In this document: positions 40,599 to 51,447 of the stretch, piece by piece | How positions within the stretch are numbered: position 1 is the first letter of the stretch | How the letters are laid out: the number at the start of each line of letters is the position of its first letter | From: an uncultured Acidobacteriota bacterium | GTDB taxonomy: Bacteria > Acidobacteriota > Blastocatellia > RBC074 | Direction of reading: 5' to 3' | DNA: 64,000 bases | NCBI GenBank assembly: GCA_963796275.1 | Contig: CAWCKY010000004.1 | Coordinates: 800,001 to 864,000 of the forward strand | Position numbers and translations under genes: made by a program | The notes under the pieces: model-generated | What the model was told of the DNA's origin: nothing | The model's database searches: none | Seen by the model: the letters and a program-made list of their open reading frames with translations, nothing else

Positions 40599-41363
40599 TT
40601 ACCTTCTTCGTGTATTTAGTAAAAACTGAAGCAGGAAGCTGAAGAAGTTGGCAAATGAAATATAGATGCTGGCGGTATGCTGCACCGCTGCTTCCCAGGA
40701 ATTCTCGGCTTGTGATAGGCGGAAAAACTTGAGCAGGAAGAAGCCCGCGAAGACGACCATGCCGATGATCGAGTAGAGCAGATTAACCGTACGCGAGAAT
40801 CGGACGAAGATTCCAACCAACCCCACCACGATCAAGCCGATCAATGCGATGAGCAGGATGGGCATCAAAAAGCTGAAATCGAATCCCGTCACAAACACAA
40901 AAATCCCGCAGCCGAGCATCACCGCCGTGGTCCCGGTCAGAGCCTGGATGACGATGCCGGCCCCCTCTTCTCTCGCCGCGAACCCAACTAACGGTCCCAG
41001 CATCATCCCGATAACGAATCCCAAGCCCATCAGCAGAGTAGTGGCGATCAGGCCTCCACCTGCCAACGGAATAATGAATATTCCGATCATCGCCAAAATA
41101 AAAAGACCGATGGCAGCGAGCCATCCCTCGAGCCGACGTCCGACATAGGCGCCCACACCGCCCGTCGCGATCGTAAGGCTGAGCAGACACAGAACCTTCG
41201 CCATAAGCGGCGTGCTTTCAACCGGCAATGCGCGAAATCCCAGCAACATGAGAAGCAATCCCGCAAAGACAGCAATCACCAGACCTTTGATCGAATCGAG
41301 GTCCGCTTTTAATTGATCGGCAATAAATATCGAACGCCTACGAACGTATCTCTCTGTTTGCAT
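40599..41363 (-). CDS. Bax inhibitor-1/YccA family membrane protein
   Basis: About seven TM segments; C-terminal A..IY...N.F..LL pattern. Confidence 0.7.
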   Translation of the reverse strand: MQTERYVRRRSIFIADQLKADLDSIKGLVIAVFAGLLLMLLGFRALPVESTPLMAKVLCLLSLTIATGGVGAYVGRRLEGWLAAIGLFILAMIGIFIIPLAGGGLIATTLLMGLGFVIGMMLGPLVGFAAREEGAGIVIQALTGTTAVMLGCGIFVFVTGFDFSFLMPILLIALIGLIVVGLVGIFVRFSRTVNLLYSIIGMVVFAGFFLLKFFRLSQAENSWEAAVQHTASIYISFANFFSFLLQFLLNTRRR

Positions 41364-41428
41364 GCTTTTTTGTCCTCCAATCTGTAAATCAGATAGGCAA
41401 CTTATAGAAGGTAATTAAGCAAGAATCA

Positions 41429-42052
41429 TCAATCAATGAATCTGCGATCATCCAGCATCGCATTTGCCAGCAATCCCAGATATTCATTATGCGTCAGATC
41501 GATGGCACCGAAATATCCGATGTGAGTGGTTCTCTGCTGCGCATCAAGCAGATAATATCCGTGGTCTCGCAGCCTTTCGACCAAAGCGACGAGCGCTATT
41601 TGAGAAGCCGAAGTAACCCGGCTGAACATCGACTCGCCGAAGAAAGCCGATTTCATAGCGACGCCGTACAATCCGCCGACCAGGTCATCATCCTTCCAGA
41701 CCTCGACCGAATGGGCGTAATTACGGCGATGAAGTTCGAGATAGAGCGATATCATCTCATCGCTCAACCAGACCTCATCCGAATCGACCTCGCTATGACG
41801 CGCGCACGCGCGGATTACGGCCGGGAAATTAGCATTGAATTTTATCTGATAGTCTTCCTTTCGGATAACTTGCCGCAACGACCGGCGTACGCGGAACCGA
41901 TCGTCGAGTGGTATGATGGTGCGTGGTTCGGCCATAAACCACTCTATCCGCCCATATCGCCCGCGCGCCATTGGGAAGAAGCCTTGCTGATAACCTGCAA
42001 TCACCTGCTCCGGCGTGATGTTCGGTTGTAAGGCTGATTTGCGACTCTTCAT
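41429..42052 (-). CDS. aat: Leucyl/phenylalanyl-tRNA--protein transferase
   Basis: Y..G.FPM, PR, F..VI.ACA, AHSVEVW....LVGGLYGV...FFGESMFS, LLDAQ. Confidence 0.92.
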   Translation of the reverse strand: MKSRKSALQPNITPEQVIAGYQQGFFPMARGRYGRIEWFMAEPRTIIPLDDRFRVRRSLRQVIRKEDYQIKFNANFPAVIRACARHSEVDSDEVWLSDEMISLYLELHRRNYAHSVEVWKDDDLVGGLYGVAMKSAFFGESMFSRVTSASQIALVALVERLRDHGYYLLDAQQRTTHIGYFGAIDLTHNEYLGLLANAMLDDRRFID

Positions 42053-42147
42053 GCCCAAAACATTAGCATGACAACGATTTACAAGCAAAGGAAAGGCCTG
42101 CCTCTGCCCCTTCGACTTTATCGGCGCTCGTGCTATCTTTGCCGCCG

Positions 42148-44013
42148 ATGCAACCAATATTTATCCTTATACTAACGCTTCTCCTGACATCGCCCGCGAT
42201 CCCTGCCAAGTCGGCGGCTCTGGCTCAACTGGAATTGAGTTACAGACTCTCCTTTCCCCAGCCGCACACGCATCTCTACGAGGTTACTTTTACCATCGGT
42301 AACGTCGCCGCCCCGCAGATCGATTTACACATGCCAGTATGGACGCCGGGATCATACCTGGTCCGCGAATTCGGGCGAAACGTACAGGACTTCGAAGCCA
42401 GGGATAAGAACGGCCAGCGGTTGAGATGGCAGAAAACCGACAAATCGACCTGGCGGGTCGAAGCGGGCGCAGGCAGCGGCAGCCCGAAAACTATCAGCGT
42501 CAGCTATCGCGTCTATGCGAATGAATTGACGGTCCGGACGAGCCACCTCGATTCATCTCACGCTTACTTCAACGGCGCCAGCCTGTTCATGTATGTCAAA
42601 GATGCGACCGCTCTCCCATTAAACCTCAAGATCGACGCGCCGGAGGGATGGCGCGCGACCACTCCGCTCGGGCTTGAGCCCGGGGCAAACGGGTTTTATT
42701 CCGCCCCGAATTACGACGTCCTCGTCGATTCGCCTACGGAAGTCGGTAAACACCAGGTGCTCGAGTTTACGGCGCGCGGCAAAACGCATCGGATAGCCAT
42801 CTGGGGCGATGCGGCTTATGACCCGGCAAATTTGAAAGAAGATTTCGCGAAGATCGTTGAAGAAGGCGCCCGGATGTTCGGCGGCCTGCCATACGATCAC
42901 TATACTTTCATCATACATATTCAGCCGGACATAGGCGGGGGCCTTGAGCACCTGAACTCTACTACCTGTCAGACGACGCCGCGCACTTTTGCGACGCGCC
43001 GGGGTTATCGGAATTTTCTGGGCCTGATCTCTCACGAGTACTTCCATCTCTGGAATGTGAAGCGCATCCGCCCGCTCGCTCTCGGCCCTTTCGATTACCA
43101 GCGCGAAAACTACACGCGCGCGCTCTGGGTGTCGGAAGGCATAACTGATTATTACAGTGAACAGATGCTGCGCCGCGCAGGGCTGATCAGCTCTTCCGAA
43201 TACCTCGAGGGGCTCGCCAATAACATCCTGTCATTCGAATCGACGCCGGGGCGATTGGAGCAGACAGCTGAGTCGGCGAGCTTCGATTCGTGGATCAAGT
43301 TTTACCGTCCCGATGAGAATTCGATCAATACATCGATGTCTTATTATCTGCGCGGCGATCTTCTCGGCTGGCTGCTCGATTTCGAGATTCGCTCGCGCAC
43401 GGGAGGCGCTAAGAGTCTGGATGATCTCATGCGGCTGCTTTTGGAAAACTATGGTTTACCCAAACCCGGTTTCACCGATGCCGGTTTGAAAGCAGCCTTC
43501 GAAAAGGTCGCCGGAGCTGACCTCACGGACTTTTTCAAGCGGTATGTAAACGGCAATGAAGAGATCGAATTCGATGCTTACCTGAGCAAAGCCGGCCTGC
43601 GGCTCGCTCGCGGTTATCGAGCGGCTGCAGTTGACGCAGATGGAAAAAACGGGAAGCCCGGGACGCTCGGTATTCGCACGCGGACCAACGAAGATCGTGT
43701 GATTGCCGTCAACGTGATCACCGGACTTCCGGCATATGAGGGCGGAATCAATGCGGGCGACGAACTGGTCGCGATCGACGGCAATCGGATCGGCGCAGGC
43801 AACGTCAACGAGCGCTCGAACATTCTGGAAGAATTGCGGGCGGGCCAAAATGTCACGCTCACGGTGTTCCGGCGCGAACGAATGATGAATTTCGAGCTGA
43901 CAGCAGCCGTGAAGCCGTTCGATTATTACAGGATTGTGGAAGTTAAAGAGGCCAACCCGCAGCAGATGGCATTGCGTCAGGCGTGGCTGCGCGACGAGTC
44001 GAAGAAGGAATAA
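42148..44013 (+). CDS. M61 family (glycyl) aminopeptidase with PDZ domain
   Basis: MPVWTPGSY..R.F, GGGLEH..S, HEYFHLWNVKR, LWVSEG.T.YY, C-terminal PDZ. Confidence 0.92.
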   Translation: MQPIFILILTLLLTSPAIPAKSAALAQLELSYRLSFPQPHTHLYEVTFTIGNVAAPQIDLHMPVWTPGSYLVREFGRNVQDFEARDKNGQRLRWQKTDKSTWRVEAGAGSGSPKTISVSYRVYANELTVRTSHLDSSHAYFNGASLFMYVKDATALPLNLKIDAPEGWRATTPLGLEPGANGFYSAPNYDVLVDSPTEVGKHQVLEFTARGKTHRIAIWGDAAYDPANLKEDFAKIVEEGARMFGGLPYDHYTFIIHIQPDIGGGLEHLNSTTCQTTPRTFATRRGYRNFLGLISHEYFHLWNVKRIRPLALGPFDYQRENYTRALWVSEGITDYYSEQMLRRAGLISSSEYLEGLANNILSFESTPGRLEQTAESASFDSWIKFYRPDENSINTSMSYYLRGDLLGWLLDFEIRSRTGGAKSLDDLMRLLLENYGLPKPGFTDAGLKAAFEKVAGADLTDFFKRYVNGNEEIEFDAYLSKAGLRLARGYRAAAVDADGKNGKPGTLGIRTRTNEDRVIAVNVITGLPAYEGGINAGDELVAIDGNRIGAGNVNERSNILEELRAGQNVTLTVFRRERMMNFELTAAVKPFDYYRIVEVKEANPQQMALRQAWLRDESKKE

Positions 44014-44019
44014 AAAATA

Positions 44020-44122
44020 CAGTTTTTAGTTTTCAGTTTTCAGTTTTCAGTCTTTTGTTCCCTCAACCCTGTGCAGTCGGGAAACCTGGAATCTGAAAAC
44101 TAGAAACTGAAAACTGAAAACT
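44020..44122. repeat. Inverted heptamer repeats (AGTTTTC)n/(GAAAACT)n
   Basis: Directly visible, immediately before the LmbE-like start codon. Confidence 0.75.
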
Positions 44123-44126
44123 CCTC

Positions 44127-46865
44127 ATGAATCGAGTCTTCGTTCTCATCATTTGCTTTTGCATTACGTGCTTTTGCATTTGGGCGAGCAGCTACCAGGT
44201 CCGCTCATCGACCGCGCAGGTTCGGGAAATTGCCGAAAACAGAGGCGCCGCATCAGTCTGGCCAGCTTTGCTCCGTCTGCGCACGACCGCGACAGTGCTG
44301 CATACGACCGCACACCCCGACGATGAAGATGGCCCTCTGCTCACGTGGCTTTCACGCAAGTCCGGGATACGCACTGGCCTGCTTACCCTCAATCGCGGCG
44401 AAGGCGGAGCCAATCTGATAGGCCCGGAGCTGTACGACGCGCTTGGCATATTGCGAACCGAGGAGCTGTTGGCCGCCGGAAGATATTACGGCGTCGATCA
44501 GATGTTCACGCGCGCGACCGATTTCGGATTCTCGAAACGGTTGGATGAAACGCTCGAACACTGGGGCAAAGATGCTGTGCTCGGCGACGTCGTGCACGCG
44601 ATCCGGTTATATCGACCAGATATCGTCGTTTCGCGTTTTCATGGCAAATTTCGGGATGGACACGGAAATCATCAGGCTGCCGGGTTGTTGAGCATTGATG
44701 CGTTCAAGGCGGCCGCCGATCCCAAGCTCTTCCCGGAGCACTTCAAAGAAGGCCTCAACCCCTGGCAGGTTAAGAAGCTCTATCTCAGCTTGCGCGAAAA
44801 TGAGGTCAGTAATCTCAATCCGGAGTCCGCATCCAGACCTGGAACGGTTACCAGGTCGAACCCCATATTGAAGATCGATGCCGGCGAATACGACCCGCTG
44901 CTCGGACGTTCATATACGGAGATCGCGCGCGACGGGTTGAGCCATCAGCGGTCCCAAGGCGCGGGTCAAGCGTTCGCGCAGCCGGGTTCATCATTCACCT
45001 CCTTAATCCTGGCCGACAGCGCAATTCCACCGGTCAAGTTTGAAAAGAGCATATTCGATGGGATCGATACGACGATAAACGGATTAGCAAAACTCGCGGG
45101 ATCGATCGATATCTCTTCCGAACTGAGTGAAATCAACAACCGGATCGAAGCGGCCATAACGAAATTTGACGCCCGCCGGCCCGGGATCGTCGCCGCCGAG
45201 CTTGCCGCCGGGATGCGAACGACGCGCGCTTTGATCGAGAAGATCAAACAGATCGATGAAGCGTATAAGGATCATTTACTCTTCTTGCTCAAAAATAAAG
45301 AGCGCGAATTTAACGATGCCATGAACAAAGCGCTGGGATTGTCGCTGGAGGTTCTGGTCAAACCTAAAACTCCACCTGCCGGATCGACGTCTCCTTTCCA
45401 TCCGCGGGAAACATTCAATGTTGCAATTCCAGGACAAAGTTTCGGTATTGACATTTATTTGACCAGCCGTGGACGCCATTTAATAAATCCCAATCGCATC
45501 AAAGTAGAATTGCAAGTTCCAGCAGGTTGGAACTCTTACGTTTATCCACCGATTCCCGCCTTCTGGAGCGATAATGCGCGTTATCAATTCATGGCATCGG
45601 TGAAAATACCGGACGATGCGAAATACACCAGACCCTACTGGTCGCGCGCCGATGAATTGCGCGATCATATTTATCGGATCGACAAACCGGAATATCAGCA
45701 TCTTCCCTTCTCTCCGCCGGAGGTCATCGGCATCTTCAATTACGAGATCGCCGGCGTCAAATTCGAGCTCGCACAGCCTGCGCAGACCGTCTATCTCGAG
45801 CGGCCCTGGGGCGAGCGGCGGCGCCTGTTGACGGTTGCGCCGTCTATCAATGTCGGCATCTCACCGCGCATCGGCATTGTGCCTATCACCGCATCGGCCA
45901 CTTCATTCAACGTCAGCGCGGGCGTTTCCAACAATGTCAACGGCGAGGCAGCCGGTAAGGTACGTTTAAAATTGCCCGAGGGCTGGACATCGACTCCGGC
46001 TGAACACAATTTCAAATTCGCTCACGAAAGTGAAGTCGGCAGCTTCACCTTCAAGGTCATCGCACCACAGGTCAGCGCAGGCATCGAATACGAGGTCCGC
46101 GCCGTCGCCGAATATTCGGGCCGAGAATACGGCGAGGGCTATCAGGTGATCGCACATCCCGACCTGGAACCGCGTCACCTCTATCGCGCCGCCACAATGA
46201 AGGTTCGCGGAATCGATTTCAAAGTTGCGCCGAATCTGGTGGTCGGGTATGTAATGGGCGTTGGCGATGAAATGCCGAAAGCGCTCGAGCAGATGGGAGT
46301 GCGAGTAACCATGCTGGGTGAGAATGATCTGGCCAATGGTCGACTTGATCATTATGACGCGATAATCATCGGCATCCGAGCTACAGCCGTACGTGACGAT
46401 CTGAAGGCATACAGCAAGAATCTGCTCGATTATGCCGAGCGCGGAGGCAACCTCATATATCAATATCAAACGCAGGAGTTCGATGACGCACCTTATGGAC
46501 CTTATCGGTATCAGCTCAGCGCGCGCGCCGAAGAAGTCTCCGAAGAAGATGCGAAGGTGACGATTCTCGATCCCGCGCATCCTTTCTTCAATTTTCCCAA
46601 TAAAATCACGTCTGCCGATTTCGAGGGGTGGCTGGAAGAACGAGGCTCAAAATGGATGACTAGTTGGGATGATCACTATAAGGCCTTGCTTGAAAGCCAC
46701 GATCGCTCGCAACCGCCGCAGCGTGGCGGACTGCTCTATGCGCAATATGGCAAGGGAACGTTTACATATGCGGCTTACGCGTTCTATCGTCAATTGCCCG
46801 CAGGCGTACAGGGCGGGTACCGATTGTTTGCGAACATCATCAGTATGAAGAAACGTCCAATCTAA
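44127..46865 (+). CDS. PIG-L/LmbE family deacetylase with NEW3 and glutamine-amidotransferase-like C-terminal domains
   Basis: AHPDDED, RGEGGAN.IGPE, DFGFSK, GHGNH, H.SQG, W..ERG, F.RQLPAGV.G..RL.AN. Confidence 0.9.
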   Translation: MNRVFVLIICFCITCFCIWASSYQVRSSTAQVREIAENRGAASVWPALLRLRTTATVLHTTAHPDDEDGPLLTWLSRKSGIRTGLLTLNRGEGGANLIGPELYDALGILRTEELLAAGRYYGVDQMFTRATDFGFSKRLDETLEHWGKDAVLGDVVHAIRLYRPDIVVSRFHGKFRDGHGNHQAAGLLSIDAFKAAADPKLFPEHFKEGLNPWQVKKLYLSLRENEVSNLNPESASRPGTVTRSNPILKIDAGEYDPLLGRSYTEIARDGLSHQRSQGAGQAFAQPGSSFTSLILADSAIPPVKFEKSIFDGIDTTINGLAKLAGSIDISSELSEINNRIEAAITKFDARRPGIVAAELAAGMRTTRALIEKIKQIDEAYKDHLLFLLKNKEREFNDAMNKALGLSLEVLVKPKTPPAGSTSPFHPRETFNVAIPGQSFGIDIYLTSRGRHLINPNRIKVELQVPAGWNSYVYPPIPAFWSDNARYQFMASVKIPDDAKYTRPYWSRADELRDHIYRIDKPEYQHLPFSPPEVIGIFNYEIAGVKFELAQPAQTVYLERPWGERRRLLTVAPSINVGISPRIGIVPITASATSFNVSAGVSNNVNGEAAGKVRLKLPEGWTSTPAEHNFKFAHESEVGSFTFKVIAPQVSAGIEYEVRAVAEYSGREYGEGYQVIAHPDLEPRHLYRAATMKVRGIDFKVAPNLVVGYVMGVGDEMPKALEQMGVRVTMLGENDLANGRLDHYDAIIIGIRATAVRDDLKAYSKNLLDYAERGGNLIYQYQTQEFDDAPYGPYRYQLSARAEEVSEEDAKVTILDPAHPFFNFPNKITSADFEGWLEERGSKWMTSWDDHYKALLESHDRSQPPQRGGLLYAQYGKGTFTYAAYAFYRQLPAGVQGGYRLFANIISMKKRPI

Positions 46866-47082
46866 TTCGGGCTGACAAACAAGTTCTGCCCCCTACGTAG
46901 TTCCATTCGCCCAATTAAAGTGCAAACGAAAAATGTCGAAACGGACGGAAAGCTTATGATTTTTTCGTTTATTTCGTTTATTTTGTAGCCCTCGTTTCCC
47001 CCTTGCTTTGGCAATAATCTTCCACCGTTAAATGCGGGGCTACCGGGCGCCAAATTTGCGGTTAATTCTCTAAAGATAAACA

Positions 47083-49320
47083 ATGGCTTCACCAGTCACA
47101 CGCGTAGAGATCGTACAAAATAAAATCGACGACTATCTGGCAACTGCAAGGCCAGCCGGCTCTCAGCTTGCTCTGAGCGATAAGCTCAGCCCTGAAACCG
47201 ATCTGACAGTGCGGCAGGCTCTCGAGATATACGAGGATCAGGTGACGAGCCGCCTGCTCGACGTCGCGGCGCGCGAACTCAAAAAGCGCAATGAAGGCTT
47301 CTACACCATCTCCAGCGCAGGACACGAGAACAACGCGATCATCGGGACGATGTTGCGGTTGGATGATACGTGTTTCCTCCATTACCGTTCCGGCGCCTTG
47401 ATGCTGGCGCGCGGGCGTAAGCTGCCGGGGACGAATATGCTCTTCGATACCCTGGTCTCGTTCTGCGCTTCCGCCGACGACCCCATCGCACAGGGCCGCC
47501 ACAAAGTCTGGGGAAGCTATCCGCTGCGTGTTCTCCCGCAGACCAGCACTATCGCTTCGCATCTGCCCAAGGCCGCCGGTTTCGCATTTGCAGTGCGACA
47601 AGCGCGCCGCATCGGGCGCATGAGCGATCTGGGCGACGACTCCATCGTTTGCTGCTCTTTCGGCGATGCTTCGGCCAATCACGCTACGGCGCTCTCCGGC
47701 ATCAACGCTGCGCGATATACGGTGCGGCGAGGCGGACCGGCGCCCATTCTTTTCCTGTGCGAGGACAACGGCATAGGAATTTCGGTTGAAACACCGCGGG
47801 ACTGGATCCGCGATTCATTCGACAATCTGCCGCACCTCAAATATTTCGAAGCTGATGGAACGATCGATGAAATCTGGGACGTCGCCGAGGAAGCGATAAA
47901 AACGTGCCGCGTCTCACGCGCCCCGGTCTTTCTCCATCTGCACGTCACGCGCTTATGGGGACACGCCGGCACCGATGTCGAAACAACCTATCACACGATC
48001 GAAGAGATTGCAGCCGCCGAAGCCGAGGACCCGCTCATGCTGAATGCTCAGCGGTTGATTGAGACGGGCGCCGCCACCCCGGCCGGTCTGCGATCGATGA
48101 TCGACAGCGTTCGAGCCCGGATCGATTCGTTGATGGAAGAAGCCGTCAGCAGGCCAAAGCTCAAAACGGTCGAACAGGTGATCGCTCCCCTGGCGCCTTA
48201 TGATGAGGAAGCGATTCGCTCTTCTACCCAAATCGCGGCCGACCGCAAGGCACGCGAAAAACTATTTGATAACGCGCTTCCTGAGAATGCGTTCGCGCCG
48301 ACGAAACGGACGATGGCCGCGCACATCAACTCGGCGCTCGCTGACGAGATGCTGCGTTTTCCTGAGATCATCGTCTTCGGAGAGGACGTCGGCAAAAAGG
48401 GCGGCGTGTATTATGTGACTCAAGGCCTGCAGAAGAGATTCGGCGTGGCGCGGGTCTTCGATACGCTGCTCGATGAAACTACCATTCTGGGAGTAGCCCA
48501 GGGCGCGTCGATCGCCGGTTTGTTGCCCATCCCCGAGATCCAATACCTCGCCTATCTTCACAATGCGCTCGATCAGATTCGGGGCGAGGCGTGCTCGCTA
48601 TCGTTCTTCTCCGCCGGCCAATTCACCAATCCGATGGTGGTGCGCATCGCGGGGCTGGCTTATCAAAAAGGCTTCGGGGGCCATTTCCATAACGATAATT
48701 CGATCGGAGCGCTGCGGGATATACCGGGATTGATGATCTGCACTCCGGCGCGCGGAGACGACTCGGCGATGCTTTTGCGCGGTTGTATAGCAGCGGCACG
48801 GGCTTGCGGACGGGTGGCCTGCTTTCTGGAACCGATTGCGCTATACCACGAGAAGGATCTCTATGAAGACGGCGACAACAAATGGCTCTTCGATTATCCG
48901 GCTCCGGGAGAGATGTTGCTGCCCGGCGAAACCGGCCTATATCATCCCGACGCCAAAGATATATTGATTGTGAGCTATGCCAACGGGCTGCGCCTTTCGT
49001 TGCGCGCGGCCCGCAGGCTTAAAGAAAAATTCGGCGTCGCTGCGCGGGTCATCGATCTGCGATGGTTGAACCCTCTACCGTTTGAAGTAGTAAAAATGCA
49101 CGCCGAAGAATGCGATAGAGTGCTCGTCGTCGATGAATGCCGCGCAACCGGAGGCGGCATAGCCGATGCAATACTTGCGTCGCTGGCGGAAGAAGGGTTT
49201 AAAGGGACGATGCGATCAGTACGCGCGGTCGATTCGTATGTCCCTCTGGGGGCGGCAGCGAACCTGGTGTTGATTTCCGAGGAGCAGATTCTTGAGGCGG
49301 CTCGGGTTATTTGTAGTTAA
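47083..49320 (+). CDS. Fused alpha/beta E1 of a 2-oxoacid (branched-chain type) dehydrogenase
   Basis: FYTI.S.GHE, LHYRS, GDAS.NH, GHAG.D, FGEDV..KGGVY, PEIQYLAY, GFGGHFHN. Confidence 0.88.
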   Translation: MASPVTRVEIVQNKIDDYLATARPAGSQLALSDKLSPETDLTVRQALEIYEDQVTSRLLDVAARELKKRNEGFYTISSAGHENNAIIGTMLRLDDTCFLHYRSGALMLARGRKLPGTNMLFDTLVSFCASADDPIAQGRHKVWGSYPLRVLPQTSTIASHLPKAAGFAFAVRQARRIGRMSDLGDDSIVCCSFGDASANHATALSGINAARYTVRRGGPAPILFLCEDNGIGISVETPRDWIRDSFDNLPHLKYFEADGTIDEIWDVAEEAIKTCRVSRAPVFLHLHVTRLWGHAGTDVETTYHTIEEIAAAEAEDPLMLNAQRLIETGAATPAGLRSMIDSVRARIDSLMEEAVSRPKLKTVEQVIAPLAPYDEEAIRSSTQIAADRKAREKLFDNALPENAFAPTKRTMAAHINSALADEMLRFPEIIVFGEDVGKKGGVYYVTQGLQKRFGVARVFDTLLDETTILGVAQGASIAGLLPIPEIQYLAYLHNALDQIRGEACSLSFFSAGQFTNPMVVRIAGLAYQKGFGGHFHNDNSIGALRDIPGLMICTPARGDDSAMLLRGCIAAARACGRVACFLEPIALYHEKDLYEDGDNKWLFDYPAPGEMLLPGETGLYHPDAKDILIVSYANGLRLSLRAARRLKEKFGVAARVIDLRWLNPLPFEVVKMHAEECDRVLVVDECRATGGGIADAILASLAEEGFKGTMRSVRAVDSYVPLGAAANLVLISEEQILEAARVICS

Positions 49321-49432
49321 ACTCAACGAGGCGCAAAGACTACCGAAAAAATGTTTAAGACAGAAGACAACATACTATTTCTCTCTGCGACTTAAGTTTC
49401 TGTCACTTTTTAATGGAATTCACACGATTGAA

Positions 49433-50293
49433 ATGAACCAAACATGTCTCATCACGGGCGCAAATTCAGGGATCGGCAAAGTTACCGCACGCGCGCTGGC
49501 CGCCAGCGGCGCGACCGTTATTATGGTTTGCCGGGATCGGACTAAAGGCGAGGTGGCTCGCGCCGAGATCCGCGGGGTAACAAACAACGACCGGGTCGAG
49601 CTGCTAATCGCCGATCTGTCCGAACAGCGCCAGATCAGGCGACTCGCGGCAGAGGTGAAAGAACGATTTGCAGAACTGCATATACTGATCAACAACGCCG
49701 GAATATGGAACGACAAACGCGAGGTCACTGTCGATGGATTCGAGACCACCTGGGCGTTGAACCATCTCGCGTACTTCCTGCTCACTGAAGAATTGATCGA
49801 TTTGCTTAAGTCCTCAGCTCCCGCGCGCATCATCAATCTCTCATCCGATTACCACAAGTTGGGGCATATAGATTTCAATGACACACAGCTCAGTCGAGGA
49901 TACAGCGGAGGGAGAGCATACGGCCAGTCGAAATTGGCCAATGTGATATTCACCTATGAGCTCGCACGAAGACTGAGAGGCACGGGAGTTACGGCCAACT
50001 GCCTGCATCCGGGAGCGGTGAACACCAATTTCTTCAACAATATCGGGGGCCTATTCGGAATACTGACCTGGATCGGAAAACCATTTTTGCGCACTCCGGC
50101 AAAGGGAGCGGAGACGGTCATCTGGCTGGCCTCATCTCCTGAAGTAGAGCATGTCAGCGGCAAGTATTTCTTTGATCGCAGAGAGAGGCGATCCAGCCCG
50201 GAGTCATATGACCAGAAGGTTGCTCAAAGCTTATGGGAAGTCAGCGAGAGAATGACGAATGGATCGTTCATTTCTTCGAGTACCGCGCCCTGA
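49433..50293 (+). CDS. SDR family oxidoreductase (retinol dehydrogenase-like)
   Basis: TGANSGIG, NNAG, YGQSK, LHPG.V.T. Confidence 0.9.
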   Translation: MNQTCLITGANSGIGKVTARALAASGATVIMVCRDRTKGEVARAEIRGVTNNDRVELLIADLSEQRQIRRLAAEVKERFAELHILINNAGIWNDKREVTVDGFETTWALNHLAYFLLTEELIDLLKSSAPARIINLSSDYHKLGHIDFNDTQLSRGYSGGRAYGQSKLANVIFTYELARRLRGTGVTANCLHPGAVNTNFFNNIGGLFGILTWIGKPFLRTPAKGAETVIWLASSPEVEHVSGKYFFDRRERRSSPESYDQKVAQSLWEVSERMTNGSFISSSTAP

Positions 50294-50383
50294 TACAATG
50301 AATACCATTGTGAGTGTAATCGCTTCCGCGCAGTTGCAAAGTGTCATGGCTAACTGCCCCACCAGGGTGCGGAGGGAGGCCGT

Positions 50384-51376
50384 ATGAAAAACAAAGTCAT
50401 CGGGATTGTCATCACGATGTCGATTGCGGCATTGCTCCCGATATTCCGTGGAGTATCGGAGCAAATCGAAACCCAATCTGCGCAACAAAAAAAGCAAAAA
50501 TACGACTCAGCGACTGCTATCGGCGCAGAATTTCCCGCTTCAGTGCAAGATCCTCAGAAACCACAGGATCGAATCTTGATCAAGACAAACCTGGTCAACC
50601 TGACGGTAACCGTGAGCGACCGGCTCGGGAGGTTTGTGACCGGACTTTCGCCAGAGAATTTTGAAGTTTATGATGACAACATCAAGCAACAGATCGCTTT
50701 TTTCGCCAACGAGGATTCACCGGTGTCGATGGGAATCGTCTATGATGTCTCCGGCTCGATGAAGGATTTCAGCGCTCATTCGCTGCGAATGCTCAGACAA
50801 TTTTTCGAGAACTCACATAAAGAAGACGAATTCTTTGTCATCGCATTCAACAACCGCACACATCTCGTTCATGACTTTTCATCCTTGCCCGACGAGATCA
50901 TCAACCGTGTGGGCTTTATCAAGTCCGACGGCAGCACTGCCCTCATTGACGCGACGTATCTTGCGACCGAAAAGGTACGCCAGGGGCGACACCACAAGAA
51001 AGTCCTCCTGATTTTTTCCGACGGAGAGGAAAATAGCAGCCGGTATTCAGGAAGGGAGCTGAAAAATCTGCTCAACGAGACCGATGTCCAAATCTATGCC
51101 ATTGGAATGAGCGAGTGGAGCAGCGGCGCCCCCACGTTGAAATTCCTCTCTGAACCGACCGGCGGGCAAGCGTTCTTTCCTCTCGATTACGTATCGGCGG
51201 ATTTCGTCTACACCAGACTCGCATTGATGCTGAGAAATCAGTACGTCATCGGCTTCTATCCGAACAATACGGCATATGACGAGAAGTGGCACAAACTGCG
51301 CGTCTTGCTCAATGCGCACAAACAACTTGGTAAACTGAAGATATTCTACAAAAATGGCTACTGGTCCAAAAAATAA
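50384..51376 (+). CDS. Acidobacterial VWFA-related domain protein
   Basis: Signal peptide, LV...VTV.D..G..V.GL...F, DVSGSM, TAL.DA, SDG.EN.S, TGG, QY.IG. Confidence 0.88.
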   Translation: MKNKVIGIVITMSIAALLPIFRGVSEQIETQSAQQKKQKYDSATAIGAEFPASVQDPQKPQDRILIKTNLVNLTVTVSDRLGRFVTGLSPENFEVYDDNIKQQIAFFANEDSPVSMGIVYDVSGSMKDFSAHSLRMLRQFFENSHKEDEFFVIAFNNRTHLVHDFSSLPDEIINRVGFIKSDGSTALIDATYLATEKVRQGRHHKKVLLIFSDGEENSSRYSGRELKNLLNETDVQIYAIGMSEWSSGAPTLKFLSEPTGGQAFFPLDYVSADFVYTRLALMLRNQYVIGFYPNNTAYDEKWHKLRVLLNAHKQLGKLKIFYKNGYWSKK

Positions 51377-51447
51377 AAGCAGGTCGGGTAATTCATCGGG
51401 CGGAGAAGGTTAAAATTTCCGCCCGATCAGGAGAGGAGTAATACACT